Origin: Eledone cirrhosa
Lineage: Eukaryota
Reading direction: 5' to 3'
DNA: 64,000 nt
NCBI GenBank assembly: GCA_964016885.1
Contig: OZ024740.1
Span: forward strand, 230,826,001-230,890,000
Part shown: piece by piece, positions 27,727-40,310 of the stretch
Layout of the letters: every line of letters starts with the position of its first letter
Position numbering within the stretch: position 1 is the first letter of the stretch
Position numbers and translations under genes: made by a program
The notes under the pieces: model-generated
The model's database searches: none
Seen by the model: the letters and a program-made list of their open reading frames with translations, nothing else
What the model was told of the DNA's origin: nothing

Positions 27727-29541
27727 TTTACCAGAGGGGTAAATTTAAAAAGTCTGTCTTGAGCTTAGAGGCTCATCAGGTAAGAGCCATGAGGTATTAA
27801 GCAACTGAGAGTACAAGATTCATCCTTGGACAGGATATCAGTCTATCATTAGGTTAACTCTCCAGCTACTACTGGTACTCAATTTAACTTGAGCAAAGTG
27901 AAATGAAGTACTTTGCACAAGGACACAACTCACCACCCAATTCGAGGATCTAACTCATGACGCTATGATTGTAGGCCCAACACCTAACCACTAGAGTGCA
28001 CATCTTCACAGATATGTAGATGCTCTTACAAATTGTGTTTCACAGTTAACTGACTGTTTCTTTAAAACTTCTAAATGCACTCACATTCATCTTTCATATC
28101 GTTTGTCAACTCATGGCTGTGTGCTTAACACTTCACTTTGCAAACATCTGGTTTGATTCCAGTCTGCCATCTTAGGCAAGTGTCTTCTCCTATAGCTTTG
28201 TTTCAACAACACTCCGTGTGAGTGGAATTTTGAATACAGAAAATGTGTGGAAGCCGGTCATATATATGTATGTCAATCATCCAGTGGGGTCTTTTTTTTT
28301 AAAGGCCCAGGCCCCTAAGGGCTTTGGTTATGCGCTACTCTATATTTTCTCGAAGTCAATTATATCAATACCAGTACTTTACTGGTACTTTATTTTATTG
28401 ACCACGAAAGGATGAAAGGCAAAGTTGACCTCGGCAGGATTCGAAAACAGAACGTAAATGGCTGTAAAGCATGTTGTCCGACACTGCTAATCCATTTATA
28501 TATATGTGTGTGTGTGTGAGTATCTTTCAACATATATATTAGTACAAACCCATAGTTCTTGGAATGAAGTCCTTTGTAATATTTGTTCAGCAATGAGTTA
28601 TAGACACAATATAAAAAATGCTGTAACCAACTAGTTTATTGGAAACTTGCAGTGTTTCCTAATATGGAAAGAAACTGATTTTACAGATCAGACCAAGTAA
28701 ACTCTATTTTCATTTGTCTTTCTATTGCTGACATTGTTGGTCACAACTCCTGGCAGAAATGTCACTACTTTTCCACTGATAGGAGGCAGGGTTTGAACTC
28801 ACAATGCACAGAACCAGGAGAAATACCTGAGGCTTTTTTAATTTTTTTTAAAGTTGCCAATCTACCACCCCTGGACTGGTACTATACTGTATTAACTTGC
28901 AGCAGAATTTGAACTCAGAAATACCACAAGGCATTCTTTTCTGATGCCCTAACAACTCTGCCAATTCATTGCCATAACTGTTCACAAATTATGATATAAA
29001 AACATAGAAAAACATGTAAAAACAGTGATGATGAGGATGATGATGACTTCATTCCCACATGGCTCAACCTCTGTTCTCGAAAACTACCTTACTCTAAATC
29101 TTGCAGAACTTATAGTATAAATGCCCCCCAACAAATATCAGGCTACAATACAATAATACAAACTAAATATTAATTTTTCTTTTTTTTTTGAGGGAATTAT
29201 AAGATTTAAAAAAATTAAAATCTTTGATATTTCAATTTTGAAAAGCTCTGCTACCATAATTATAAGGTTATTGCTAACTCTCAACATCCTGTAATGATTT
29301 AGCAGAAAATATCTAAAAATGGGTTTGTTAATTCAAATGTTTATAGTATCTTTACTGTGGACAGATCATTGGGAAAATATGCAGTAAATTAAAGACTTTA
29401 ATAATTACTGTGATACAGTCATAGTGCTGTTTTGTACTTTTCAAGAATATCTTGCTAGTGCAGTTTCATGCAGTACAGGATGTTGAGTTAAAAGAAACTG
29501 CTTTCAAAAATGTTTCAATGTCATCATACTAACCACATTAA

Positions 29542-29941
29542 CCCTTTTGATACAAACTCGTCTGAAACTCCTCCTGATTCCATGATATAAACTGACCATT
29601 TAAAAGAATTTATCTTTATATTAAAACCTTCCATCATAGTTTTAAGTAATAATATTCTGACAAACATCAGATTAATAATGGTTTCTGAATTAGGCACAAG
29701 GCCAACAATTTTTGGGGAAGGGAAAGTATGTAATTAAAGTAAAGTACCAATAACGCACTGGGGAAGATTTAATCGACTTTCCCCCTTCCCTTCAAATTGC
29801 TAGTCTTGTGCTAAATGTAGAAACTTCAGGTTAATAATAAAAAAGTTATTTAACGAAAATTATCCTAAATTTTGGATTATTTTCAAAATTAATTGAAACA
29901 CATTGGCAGTGTATTTCATAAGAAATATGCTAATGAAAGGA
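29542..29941. mobile_element. piggyBac-type MITE
   Basis: TTAA|CCCTTTTGATAC...ATGAAAGGA|TTAA; relatives near 31171, 42020, 43953 and 63322. Confidence 0.7.
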
Positions 29942-30189
29942 TTAACCAATTCCAATCTTATAGATGTGACCTTGCATACTAAATAATTGAAAAACGAATA
30001 TTATTATAACAAAAGTTTATCCTACTAATTAGTTTCTTACAAGTTTAGTAAATGAATGAATGTATCAAATGTTTGTCTGGTGACCTGCCTAAAAGTTCAC
30101 TTTTTAATAATTCAAAACATTTTATTGTAAAAAATGTGGTTATGAAAATGAAAAAGGCAAAGGCTCTAAGGAAACAGAAGAATGGAGGG

Positions 30190-30440
30190 AAGGAGGAGGG
30201 TGATGGGCTCTAGGCCTAGGGTTGTGGACAATGGCCAGCGACATCCACTACAACAGCCACTCCACCCTGCGGTGCTCCTTCCTCAGACAGGCTGCTGACG
30301 AGCTCAGCTGTACAGGGTCCAAGTATGCCTGAGGTCTCGATGGCAACCGGTGCGAAGAGGAAGTGGCCAGACAAACTCTGGTATTTGTTTATCTTCCTTT
30401 CCTCTGTATTGTGGGTCGCAGTACCAAAGTTTGTAAATAT
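30190..30440 (-). mobile_element. Older CRE-like RLE C-terminal fragment
   Basis: Minus strand reads EERKINKYQSLSGHFLFAPVAIETSGILGPCTAELVSSL, like KYQDLSVNYLFQPVTFETFGGVGPLTARLLSSL near 14550. Confidence 0.65.
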
Positions 30441-33291
30441 CCGAGGTTACTGTATTTCATAATCATCATTTTATGCCTGCTTTTTACACTGGCACGAGTT
30501 GGACAGGTTGTTCAAGTCAGAGTTACTGCCCTCGTTGACAGATTGGAGAACTAGATACCATTCCTAATACCGCTCACTTGACAGCATGTACTGGGTGTAT
30601 CTTACTGTGACATCAGGACTAAAGGGCGTTATGTCCTTGACAAGATAAAAGAGTCTTTTCTATCTCACACTGTCTCTGCTTGCCAACTACTTTACAGAGT
30701 GTACAAGGTGCATCTTATGAAGATGTCAAAACTAAATAGGTTGCCTTGGCCCTATAAGGCAAACAAATCTCCATTCTATGACATCTTTGTTCTTTTGAAG
30801 CAGAGGTGCCTGAGAGTGTAATTTGAAAAGATATAAAAGGCCAAGGGATTAGATGTATAAACATTTTCATAAATTTATGTTAGAAAAAAACAATGATTTG
30901 GACAAATTTCTATTTTTCAAAATTCTAGAACATTTTAATAAGTACATGCATGTTGTAACAGGCAACTAAAGAGATTAGTAGAATCAAGAAGAGCATCTGG
31001 CTATAAAACATTGCTGCAGAAAGGAAAGATGAGTATGAAACCTTAAAATGATTGTATTGTTTAATAAATAAAACAATAATTTAACTGGTCCATCAATTAC
31101 ATACATTTTCTAAAGACATATAGAAAATAAAGAAAGTAAGCTAGATCATTTTGTATTTTAAGAGCAGATATTAACCCTTTTGATATCAAACTACCTCTGG
31201 TTCTATGGTATAAAACTGCTTATTTTAAACTGTTTACATTTACCGAATTTCCTGGCATTGAAGACGATATTTTTCCCCTAAAAATCTACCATGCGTCCTG
31301 GAGGCCAAAGGTTGTGCTTCTCACAGGTATATCCTAACCTCATAGGAAAATTATCTATGCTAGACAGTAATCTGAACTCCTGTGTATGACCTCTCAATGA
31401 AGTGTATCAAATATACTTAGTTAAAGTAGTAAATAAAATTATCATAAAAAATTAGGTAATAAGACCCTAAGTGCCGGGGCCTTATTTTTATGATTATTAT
31501 TGTTTTTCAAATTTTTGTTTGTGGAAACAATGAAAAATACAGTAGCCAAAACACTTTCATCAGAATAATGAAAAAGTTATTTTACTAAATATGGTCAGTG
31601 TATATCATTAGAAATATCGTAATGGAACAGTTAAACTTGCAATCAGTCAGAAATAAATGTAAGCTAGAAAGAATGAACTAGATGAGAATTAAAATTATCT
31701 AGCCATTATCTGTGAGGTAAGATACTTAAATAAGAGTTTAAATATAACATTACAATTAAGCTATTAATAAAACACAATAAAAATGTTAGGATAACTTTTT
31801 GTTAAATAATGTTCCACGCATAATTAGTTGAAACACATTGACAATATATTTCATCAGAAATATGGTAACAAAAAGGTTAATATGTTAAAACATATTGGCA
31901 GTGTGTGGTAAGAAAAAGGTTAAAGTATGGTGACATTGCTGCAAAATTGCAGTTTTGTGCAAAAGTAGTAAACATTTAATGGGTTACTGGCATTGAACAC
32001 CACATGCAACAAATATATAACAGAACTGAAAACAACACAAAGAAACAAACCATCTGACAAGTCTGCACTTTTATACATATTAATCAGGCATATAGCAGGT
32101 AAATTAGAGAAAAAACCCCAATGTTAGTAGATTAAAGTGCATTTATTAAGAAATAAGCTAGTGAGCTGCTAATTAAAAAAAAATTGGTTTTGTTTAGAGG
32201 CTGTTGGAAGGTGAATATCCAGTGTAATTTCATGTGAGGAATTACGGAGTTCTTGGTCTAGGCATGGTCTTATATACTCAACAAATGGAAAATGATTTGG
32301 AGAAAGGTATTTCAACAGAAATGTCTAGAAATTACAAATGAATGTGTACAGTTATAATCATAGGAATAAGTTATAATTAAGAGATGAAATATTTATCTTT
32401 GTTGTAGGTAGGTAGGTATCTATGGCGGCAGCAGCAGCAGCAGCAGCTTTACAGTCACTTCAAAAACTATTAACTTAAGTTCCATCATATCTCCCATTTT
32501 ACTTGTGACTGGAGCATGATATATATATATATATTTTTTTTTCTTTCTTGCTTTCTCTTTCTCTCACTTGTGCTCTCTTGCGCTCACCTTTTATTTAAAG
32601 AAACCAAACTAAATTTAGAATTTGATAGTTGACTTTTTTTGGCAAACTACTTCAGCGTTTTATTTTGTTATTTCCAATGCAACTGATGAAAAGCAACAAG
32701 ATGTCCAGCTACTGGTAGCAGCAGCAGATCAGAAATAATTTATTAGCTTTATGCCAGAATAAAAGCAGTGTTGGTTGGGAAAAAAAAAATGTCATGTAAA
32801 AACCTTTTAATTGCGTGCAGTGATGGAGAGAAATTTGGCAAACAATTTAAAAGGTTTGGTACAAACATCAAAACCAGCAAAGAGAGAACAATAGTCAGCC
32901 AGCATACTATGATTAGTAAAGTCAAAAAAATACTGTTCTTGGGGAGAGGGCTTGTTTTTATTTCCGCAAATGCAAGTTGTTCCACCCACTTTCCAAAAAC
33001 AAATATATATACAGGCTTAAATGATATAGATTTTGGTTGTAATTGTTTGATCTATGAAATATTTGTGTATTTTTACAAATTTATATTCAATAAACAATAT
33101 CCAATAATTAACAAGTCATCAAGTAAAAAAATAGCCATTTTATACAATAAAACCATGTAGGTTTTTCTAATTTCAATGCATTATAAGGAATTACGATGAT
33201 TGCAAATGGACATAAACGATAGGGAAGTAAGGTACCTTCCCACTTAAACCAAGCATAACCACTCTCTAGAAATAAAGATTAATATAAATAA

Positions 33292-34026
33292 TTAAGGGGT
33301 AAAGTTGACTGGCATTCGTTCTAGTCCTGTAGTATCAACTACTACTTTGAAGAAAGCTGTATTACTTTTCACATATGTATTTGGAGAGTTAAGCTTATCG
33401 AGTGACAGGAACAAAGGACAGCCACTTGCAATATTCATCTTGTTTTCTGGACGTTGAAATGAAGTACTTTTAGCATCAGGTCGGAAGCTGTCAATAACAT
33501 GCTTTGATCCTGATTGATCCAACATCATTAATGAAACCTTTTGTTGAAAAGGCCACGCCAGAAGAGCATCATATGAGCCTCGCATAACAACAAAAAAAAG
33601 TGATATATATTTTCCTTTCCCCATGCCATCGCCATTTAGGTAGAGTCTAAGACACATTTTGTAACCGTACTTGCTAGTGTAGAATGGGGTTGAATATAAA
33701 CTAGGACATGTCCCTTTTACTGCATCTTTACGTCGTTTTTCAAAGTCGTCTAATTTCCAAATAAATGTTCCATCATAACTAGGAATATTTTCAAGTAGTG
33801 GTTCTTTCAAAGAGAGAAGTGGTTGAATCGTGCTAGTTAATTTTTTTAAATCAGCCTGGAAAACTCCAACTAATTTATCAATTTTAAGAAAATTCTTTTC
33901 AAATTTTTGACACCCCATTTCACTGTTTCCAGAATTATTCTTGCATTTTTCTATATTCTTTTTTAAAATCATCATGTGTTCTTCCAGTTGTTCAAGAAGA
34001 TGGTTTGATACTAATTTTGAGGAAAT
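33292..34026 (-). CDS. TRAF2: TRAF2-like protein, last coding exon (end of zinc finger 3, coiled coil, MATH/TRAF-C domain)
   Basis: Acceptor tttttacacag|ATT, phase 0; SYDGTFIWKL...YGYKMCLRLYLNGDG...WPFQQKVSL...SFRPD...SFQRP..MNIASGCPLF closely matches the TRAF2 MATH domain; TAA at 33294-33292. Orthology vs TRAF1/3/5 is untested. Confidence 0.93.
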   Translation of the reverse strand: MSSKLVSNHLLEQLEEHMMILKKNIEKCKNNSGNSEMGCQKFEKNFLKIDKLVGVFQADLKKLTSTIQPLLSLKEPLLENIPSYDGTFIWKLDDFEKRRKDAVKGTCPSLYSTPFYTSKYGYKMCLRLYLNGDGMGKGKYISLFFVVMRGSYDALLAWPFQQKVSLMMLDQSGSKHVIDSFRPDAKSTSFQRPENKMNIASGCPLFLSLDKLNSPNTYVKSNTAFFKVVVDTTGLERMPVNFTP

Positions 34027-35457
34027 CTGTGTAAAAATGAAAAAAAAGATGCAAGTAGTATAACAGATATTGGAAGGCATTAATTTATTTCATAAATAGA
34101 AAAAGTATTACAAGTATTTTACATTATAATTAAGTCATCACAGAAATAAAGAACTGTATCTAAATTTATTAGTTGTTTCACATCATCATCATCATGGTGA
34201 TGGTGATAATAATGATGTTAATAATAATAATAAAAATACAGTATAACTAATTTAATTGGTTGCATTTTATAAGTAATGTTTGGGAATGTGATTAGAATGT
34301 CTCATGAAAGAATCGCTGGACAGATTTTACAGGCAAAATGAACTGGCAGGAGATTCAGGGGTAGACCCCGAGCAAGATGATTGGATAACATCCATGAACT
34401 CGGTTTCACTTGGGGATCCAGCTGGATCAATTGGAGACGGTTGTTTCAGAGAGGACCCGCTAGAAGGAGTGTTTGTGTACTGTCTAAGGGTAGAATCGTT
34501 GGACAAGTAGATTCATCTGATAAATAAATCAACTGACAAAGGAAATGGAGCTTCCATTCTTGATACTATCTGTCAGTTGTAATTCCTGGCATGAGGCAGG
34601 ATTTGAACTCACATCATACAGAGCCAGGCGAGATACTGCAAAGCATCCTGTCTGATTCTTTAACAAATCTGCCAATCCACAGCCCCTGGACTGCTACTTT
34701 ATTTAATGACCTTGAAAGGATGAAAGGCAAAGTTGACTTCTGTGGCATTTAAACAAAGAGGGCAGTAAGCTGGAACAAACTCCAGGACCCTAACACTTCT
34801 AATTTGCTGTCTATAGAATATAAAAGAGGAGCTGTAGAGCTTCACTACTGGATTTGATAGTAAAGAGAATGATTTAAGTTTCACTTGTTTTAAGTTTTTA
34901 TTGTTATAATTTACAGTTTGTAGAGTTGGAACCAATACCGTAAAGTATCTGGCAGAATGAAAATGTGACAAGTAGTACTGAAGCATCCAGTAAGCCCCCC
35001 AAAATACATGCATGCACAGGAATATATGCAGCTCTACTTTGTACACATTTGTATCTCTAACATCATTACTTCTCATGGAAAAAAAAAAAAAAAAGTCTAA
35101 TACTTTTTTCGACAGACTTCGTAAACAAAGTATGTCAACAAACCCATCAACAATGTGTGTCAAACAGCATGTGCAAACTTTGACTTGGCTGGTTGAGACA
35201 TCACACAACACCCAAGTGACAGACATACTAATCAGGTCCTGTATTGGTACCCCACAGAAAGAGGCGAAAAATTAACAGATCTGAAACGATGTATTGATAG
35301 ATGCAACTGACTGTGGTCATTGGGGCATTTAGGCTGCCTCAAGTCTCAAGACACGTCTAAGTTGTAAACAACAGAACAATAATCATTTGAACAACTTATG
35401 CTGGTTAAAATGAAAAAAATCTGCAATTCGATAAATATAAATGTAAACAATACAAAC

Positions 35458-35520
35458 CTTTACACCACAATTAAGAGGACAATCAACAGGATAGGGACAA
35501 TCTTTCTTATGGTTCTCCAT
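35458..35520 (-). CDS. TRAF2: TRAF2-like exon (63 nt): MENHKKDCPYPVDCPLNCGVK
   Basis: ttactag| ... AAG|gtttgt, phase 0-0; supplies the H/C ligands that join the flanking exons. Confidence 0.85.
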
Positions 35521-36769
35521 CTAGTAAATTCATAAAATAAAACCAAAGTAATGACAGGCACGCATCATAAACAATATATATATATATATATATATATACA
35601 CAATGTGTTGTAAAATTTTAAAATCATTTCTTGTTGCTGAAAAAAATTCAGGTTTATTTAACACAATTAAGTAACTGCTTTGCTTGTGCAGCCCTCGGGG
35701 CCAATGCTTCCATTAAGGCCAACTAGGCAGCTGCCAAAAGTGAACATTAAAGGACCACAGTTTTATATAAATTTGTGTGAGGAAATTAAATCTATAAAAA
35801 TTTTCTGAAATATATAAATATATCATTGAACGTCTTTGTTGCATAACAGCAGTGCATTTATAGTGTTATGACCTGTCACGATTTGGTGTGGGTCTATGTG
35901 GACTGTGTAGTGTAAAATGCAGGCTTAGTCATTTTTCTCAGGATGATCAGATCAAGAAGTGTCAAAAACTAGGTTTGTTAGCTTTCCAAATTCATCATCA
36001 TTATTGTTTAATGTCAATTTTACATGCTTGCACGAATTAGACAGTTTGTTACATTACAAGACAAGTCATGTCAGGTGACCACATCTTCCTCATATGGATC
36101 TGTATTTTGGCTTGGTTTCTATTACTGGATGCCCTACCTAGTGCCAACCACATTAAGTGTGAAATAGGTGCCTTTTCATTATGTCACCAGCATGACCATC
36201 ATGCAGGGTGGATTGGGTGCTTTTTGTTGTGTCATCAGCACAACTACTTTACAGGGTGGACTGAATGATTTTTTTTGATGTCACCAGTATGACCACCATT
36301 TTTTTTCCAATGTCACCAATTTTAAGTTGAAATTACTTTATTTGGGAGAATCAGGCACTAAATACCCAGGTATTAGCTTGCTCATAGAAATTATATATCA
36401 TATTCTATTTACACACTTTTGTTTCCATGTTTGCAAGGGGTGTACTGATAGATTAGATATCTGTCTAAATCCCGTGAAGAATTAGAAATTTTCAAGGTTG
36501 AATGCCTTAGTTGTGGCTAAATTGACAAGTAGTATTTATATTTGAAAGAGTCAGGGCACAACGGCTAGATCCAGACCTTTGCTGGTTTAATCTTGATTTA
36601 TATATATAGCGTGGAAAGTGGACGTTAAACGAGGATGATAATGATGATGATATATTAGTATGTTATTTAAAGACTACGACAATGCAGAAATTTTGCATTG
36701 TCGTGTCCTTTGAACAACATACTACTTTATACACTAACACAATGATTCAAGCAAACTACAACACACTCT

Positions 36770-36922
<153 letters not shown>

Positions 36923-37297
36923 GGAGCTATCAGTCAAGACTAGTAAGACCATATTCAGCTAATTACTCGATACTTGGGAAAGTAGAGTGTATAATAGTGA
37001 AAAGTCAGTGCCCAGCAGTTGAGCTTATGCCATCGGGCACTAACTTTCCACTATATCTATCTATCTATACATTTACTATTTAGTTAGCAAGGGGGAAAGT
37101 TATCCTCAAACTGGACACCACCACTGAGTATATAGATATGTAAACATAACAAATTTTTATGTATTTTCCCATAGATTGAAAAAAAGGATGAGCATTTTAA
37201 ACTGATCTTTGACTTATTGGGGTCACACTAGAAGACGTATACACCATTGATTAACCACAGAGAAATACACAATTAATGGCTTTATAAAGCCAACCTA

Positions 37298-38910
37298 ATC
37301 ATCATCATCATCACCGTTTTACGTCCGTTCTTCCATGCTAGCATGGGTTAGACGGGTTGTCCTGTTGTGGGCAGTGTCTGGTTGGCTGACCATGCCTTGC
37401 TCATACAGGAACTGATTTGGCTTGATTTCTACAGCTGGATGCCCTTCCTAACACCATCCTCATTTACAGTGAGTGCTGGGTGCTTTTTCGTGGCGCCTAC
37501 ACGTCCACTTTACAGTGTAGGCTGGGTGCTTTTTTGCCGTGGCACCTCCACGACCACCTTGCGGTGGGGGTGTGGGGGCATATTGTCTATATGCTTCAGC
37601 TTGTACCCATGGGAGGTCGGGTACTCTGTATTACTACGTGACGCCAGAGGTCACGGTCGTGTGTCATCGCCTTTGAGAGGTGTAATTGGGTAAGGTCGGC
37701 TTTTATCACCTCATCCCAGGTCATCTTGGGTCTCCCCACTCCGCGGTTTCCATCGACTTCTAGTGCTCTGCACCTTTTTATGCAGCTGTCATCCTTCATA
37801 TGCATCACATGTCCATACCAGCGCAACCGCCTCTCCTGCACACAGCATTTGATTCCTCTTATGCTCAGTCTCTCTCTCTCAATTCATTTATGCTTTGTCG
37901 TTCGCGTATATTACTGTTACACATCCATTGGAGCATGCAGGCTTCGTTTCTCTCTAATCTACGTAAGTCTTCCACCTCCAGCGCCCAGGTCTCACTACCA
38001 TGCAACATTGCTATTCGGATACACGCATCATACAGTCTGCCTTTCATTTTGAGGGAGAAGCCTTTTGCAGCTAGCAGTGGTAGTAGTTCCCTAAACTTCT
38101 TCCATCCCGTTCTTACCCTAGTTATTGTACTTTCTGAACATCCACCTCCGTTGCTAATTCGGTCACCTAGGTAGCAGAAGCTGTCTACTGTTTCTCCAGA
38201 GCCCTCCCAGAGATTGGTGGTACTTGTTCCTTGTGGCTGTTTGCTGCTTGCTGTCCCAGCACAGCTGCTGCATGTGAAGCCTACATTCTTAATTAAGCTT
38301 CCTGAGATCCCGCTACATCTCTTGTGTACCCATTTGGGGCAGAGAATGGAGTTCCTACCTACACCTTTCCTACATACTGAGCAAGGCCATTCCCCTGAGG
38401 GGACCTGGGTTCTGTTTTCTCGTCTACTTACAAGGACCCTAGTCTTTGTCATGTTGACTTTGAGACCCTTTCTTTCTAGTCCCTGCTTCCAAGTTTGGAA
38501 TTTCTTCTCTAGTTCTACCATAGATTCAGCTATAAGTGTGAGGTCATCAGCATACAGGAGTTCCCATGGGCATCCGGTCTTAAACTCCTCCGTTATTGCC
38601 TGCAGGACTATGATGAACAGGAGGGGGCTAAGAACAGAGCCCTGGTGGACCCCAACCAGTACGCTAAATTCCTCGCTATACTAATTGCTAATCCTAACTT
38701 TGCTGACTGCTCCCCTATACATGGCTTGTACCGCTTTCACAAGCCATTCATCTACTCCTAGTTTTCTAAGAGCCCACCAGATTACAGCACGTGGAACTCT
38801 GTCAAAGGCTTTCTCAAGGTCGACAAATGCCAGGTAGAGTGGCTTACATTTAGCTAGGTACTTTTCCTGTAACTGCCTCACAAGGAAGAGGGCATCAGTG
38901 GTGCCTCTTC
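37298..38910 (-). mobile_element. RTE family A, 5'-truncated (intronic)
   Basis: ORFs 37596-38881 are nearly identical to 1941-3560. Confidence 0.95.
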
Positions 38911-39932
38911 TTTTCTCTCTATGATGGCTAGCCTCTCTCTATCTATCTCTACGCTACCCATTAGTTCTCGTTCCCTCTTCACCCATTCTACCCCACTAAT
39001 CTTGAAGCTATTGAAGAGATAAGACACTCTATTCTGAAAGGCTAAAATGAATCACTAGAGTTGATTTGGCTTCGTTCCAGTCATCCATCCATACAAATTT
39101 TACAATGGTATTTCAGCTCCCTACCTCACATCTACTTTGTTATTCTCCTACCATGCTGACTCTGTCTATTTTTCCTCGTCTAACAATAGTGAAATGTATT
39201 TATTGTAAAGTATTCAGTCTCACGATAAAAAGCAACCAGTTCACTCTAAATGTGGTTGGCATTAGGAAAGGCATCCAGTCATAGAAACCAAGTCAAAAGC
39301 AGTTCTGTATGAACAAGATATAGTCATCTGATCTGACTTGTCTCACAAGGGGACAACTCATCTAACCTAAGCTAGCATGGAAAAATGGATGTTAAATGGT
39401 GATGATGATGATGAATATATTTCAATAATTATATCATTATAATATATAAAAAATTTCAATAAATATATCATTATAATAACTATGGGTTAAAAACCCCACT
39501 AACCCGCTATTGGCCAAGCGTGGTGACTACAGCTACACCCATGACATGACCAAAACCAAACAGAAAGTGGCGGAGGTCAACCAGGGAGGGGTTCCATGGG
39601 AAGGCCCTGGATTGGATTGGAATAATATATTATATCATGAAATTTCAGTTGGTTAACACAAACATAATGTATACTAATATATGAAGTTAAAAATATTTTA
39701 CTAATCCCCTCAAAGAATATGATTATACTAATAATTAAAACACACAAGCACCCTAGAGAATCTTGTCATGGGGCCCCACAAGGTTAACCCCTACTTTAGC
39801 AGGGAAGATGGTCTTAAAATGTAAGATGTTTGTTGTCATGAAAGGGTTAAAGTATGCTTGAGCAAGACAAAAGAAAAAAAAAAAAAATGAAATAATATTT
39901 TAACTCTACCATAATAGATATTTTTTACTTAC

Positions 39933-40010
39933 CTCACACATAGGTATCTTCCCTTCGAAACATCTATCGCAAACTTCTGGTCTCCAATCACAGTTTCTGC
40001 TGTGCTGATG
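39933..40010 (-). CDS. TRAF2: TRAF2-like exon (78 nt): HQHSRNCDWRPEVCDRCFEGKIPMCE
   Basis: gtgttgtag| ... GAG|gtaagt, phase 0-0; TRAF zinc-finger H-x3-C-x6-C-x2-C spacing. Confidence 0.88.
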
Positions 40011-40069
40011 CTACAACACAATAAAAATCATATTGATATTTAAACAATTTCAAATCAACAGTTCAGATC

Positions 40070-40310
40070 TAAAGATGGTTGGGTGATGTGTATAGAAAGG
40101 ATGAATGTGACTGGGTTAGAGGAATAGACTCAGTGATGAATGTTGTCAAGAGAAATGGAATGAGATGATTGGGTCATGTCCTGAGGAAGGATGAAAGTGA
40201 CTGGGTGAAAGGAATAGAGCCTATGATGAATGTTGTAAATAAAAATAGAATGAGATGATTTGGTCATGTGTTGAGGAAGGATAAAAGTCACGAGGTGAGA
40301 GGATGTTAGG
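40070..40310 (+). repeat. About 90-bp tandem triplication of a decayed LINE C-terminal segment
   Basis: gatg(g/a)tt.ggt.atgt...gaaggatgaaagtgactgggt repeated about 3 times (LRWFGHV-like). Confidence 0.6.

Noticed and set aside
34027-34080. N-terminus MPSNICYTTCIFFFIFTQ of the 262-aa ORF
   Set aside because: Intronic polypyrimidine tract upstream of the acceptor at 34026
34304-34510. Plus-strand 68-aa ORF as a separate gene
   Set aside because: No recognisable motif, and it is antisense within a TRAF intron; better explained by minus-strand features
39005-39050. Further hammerhead (TTGAAGA...GAAAGGCTA); similar weak cases near 6060-6130 and 10870
   Set aside because: No convincing stem I, or a core half is missing
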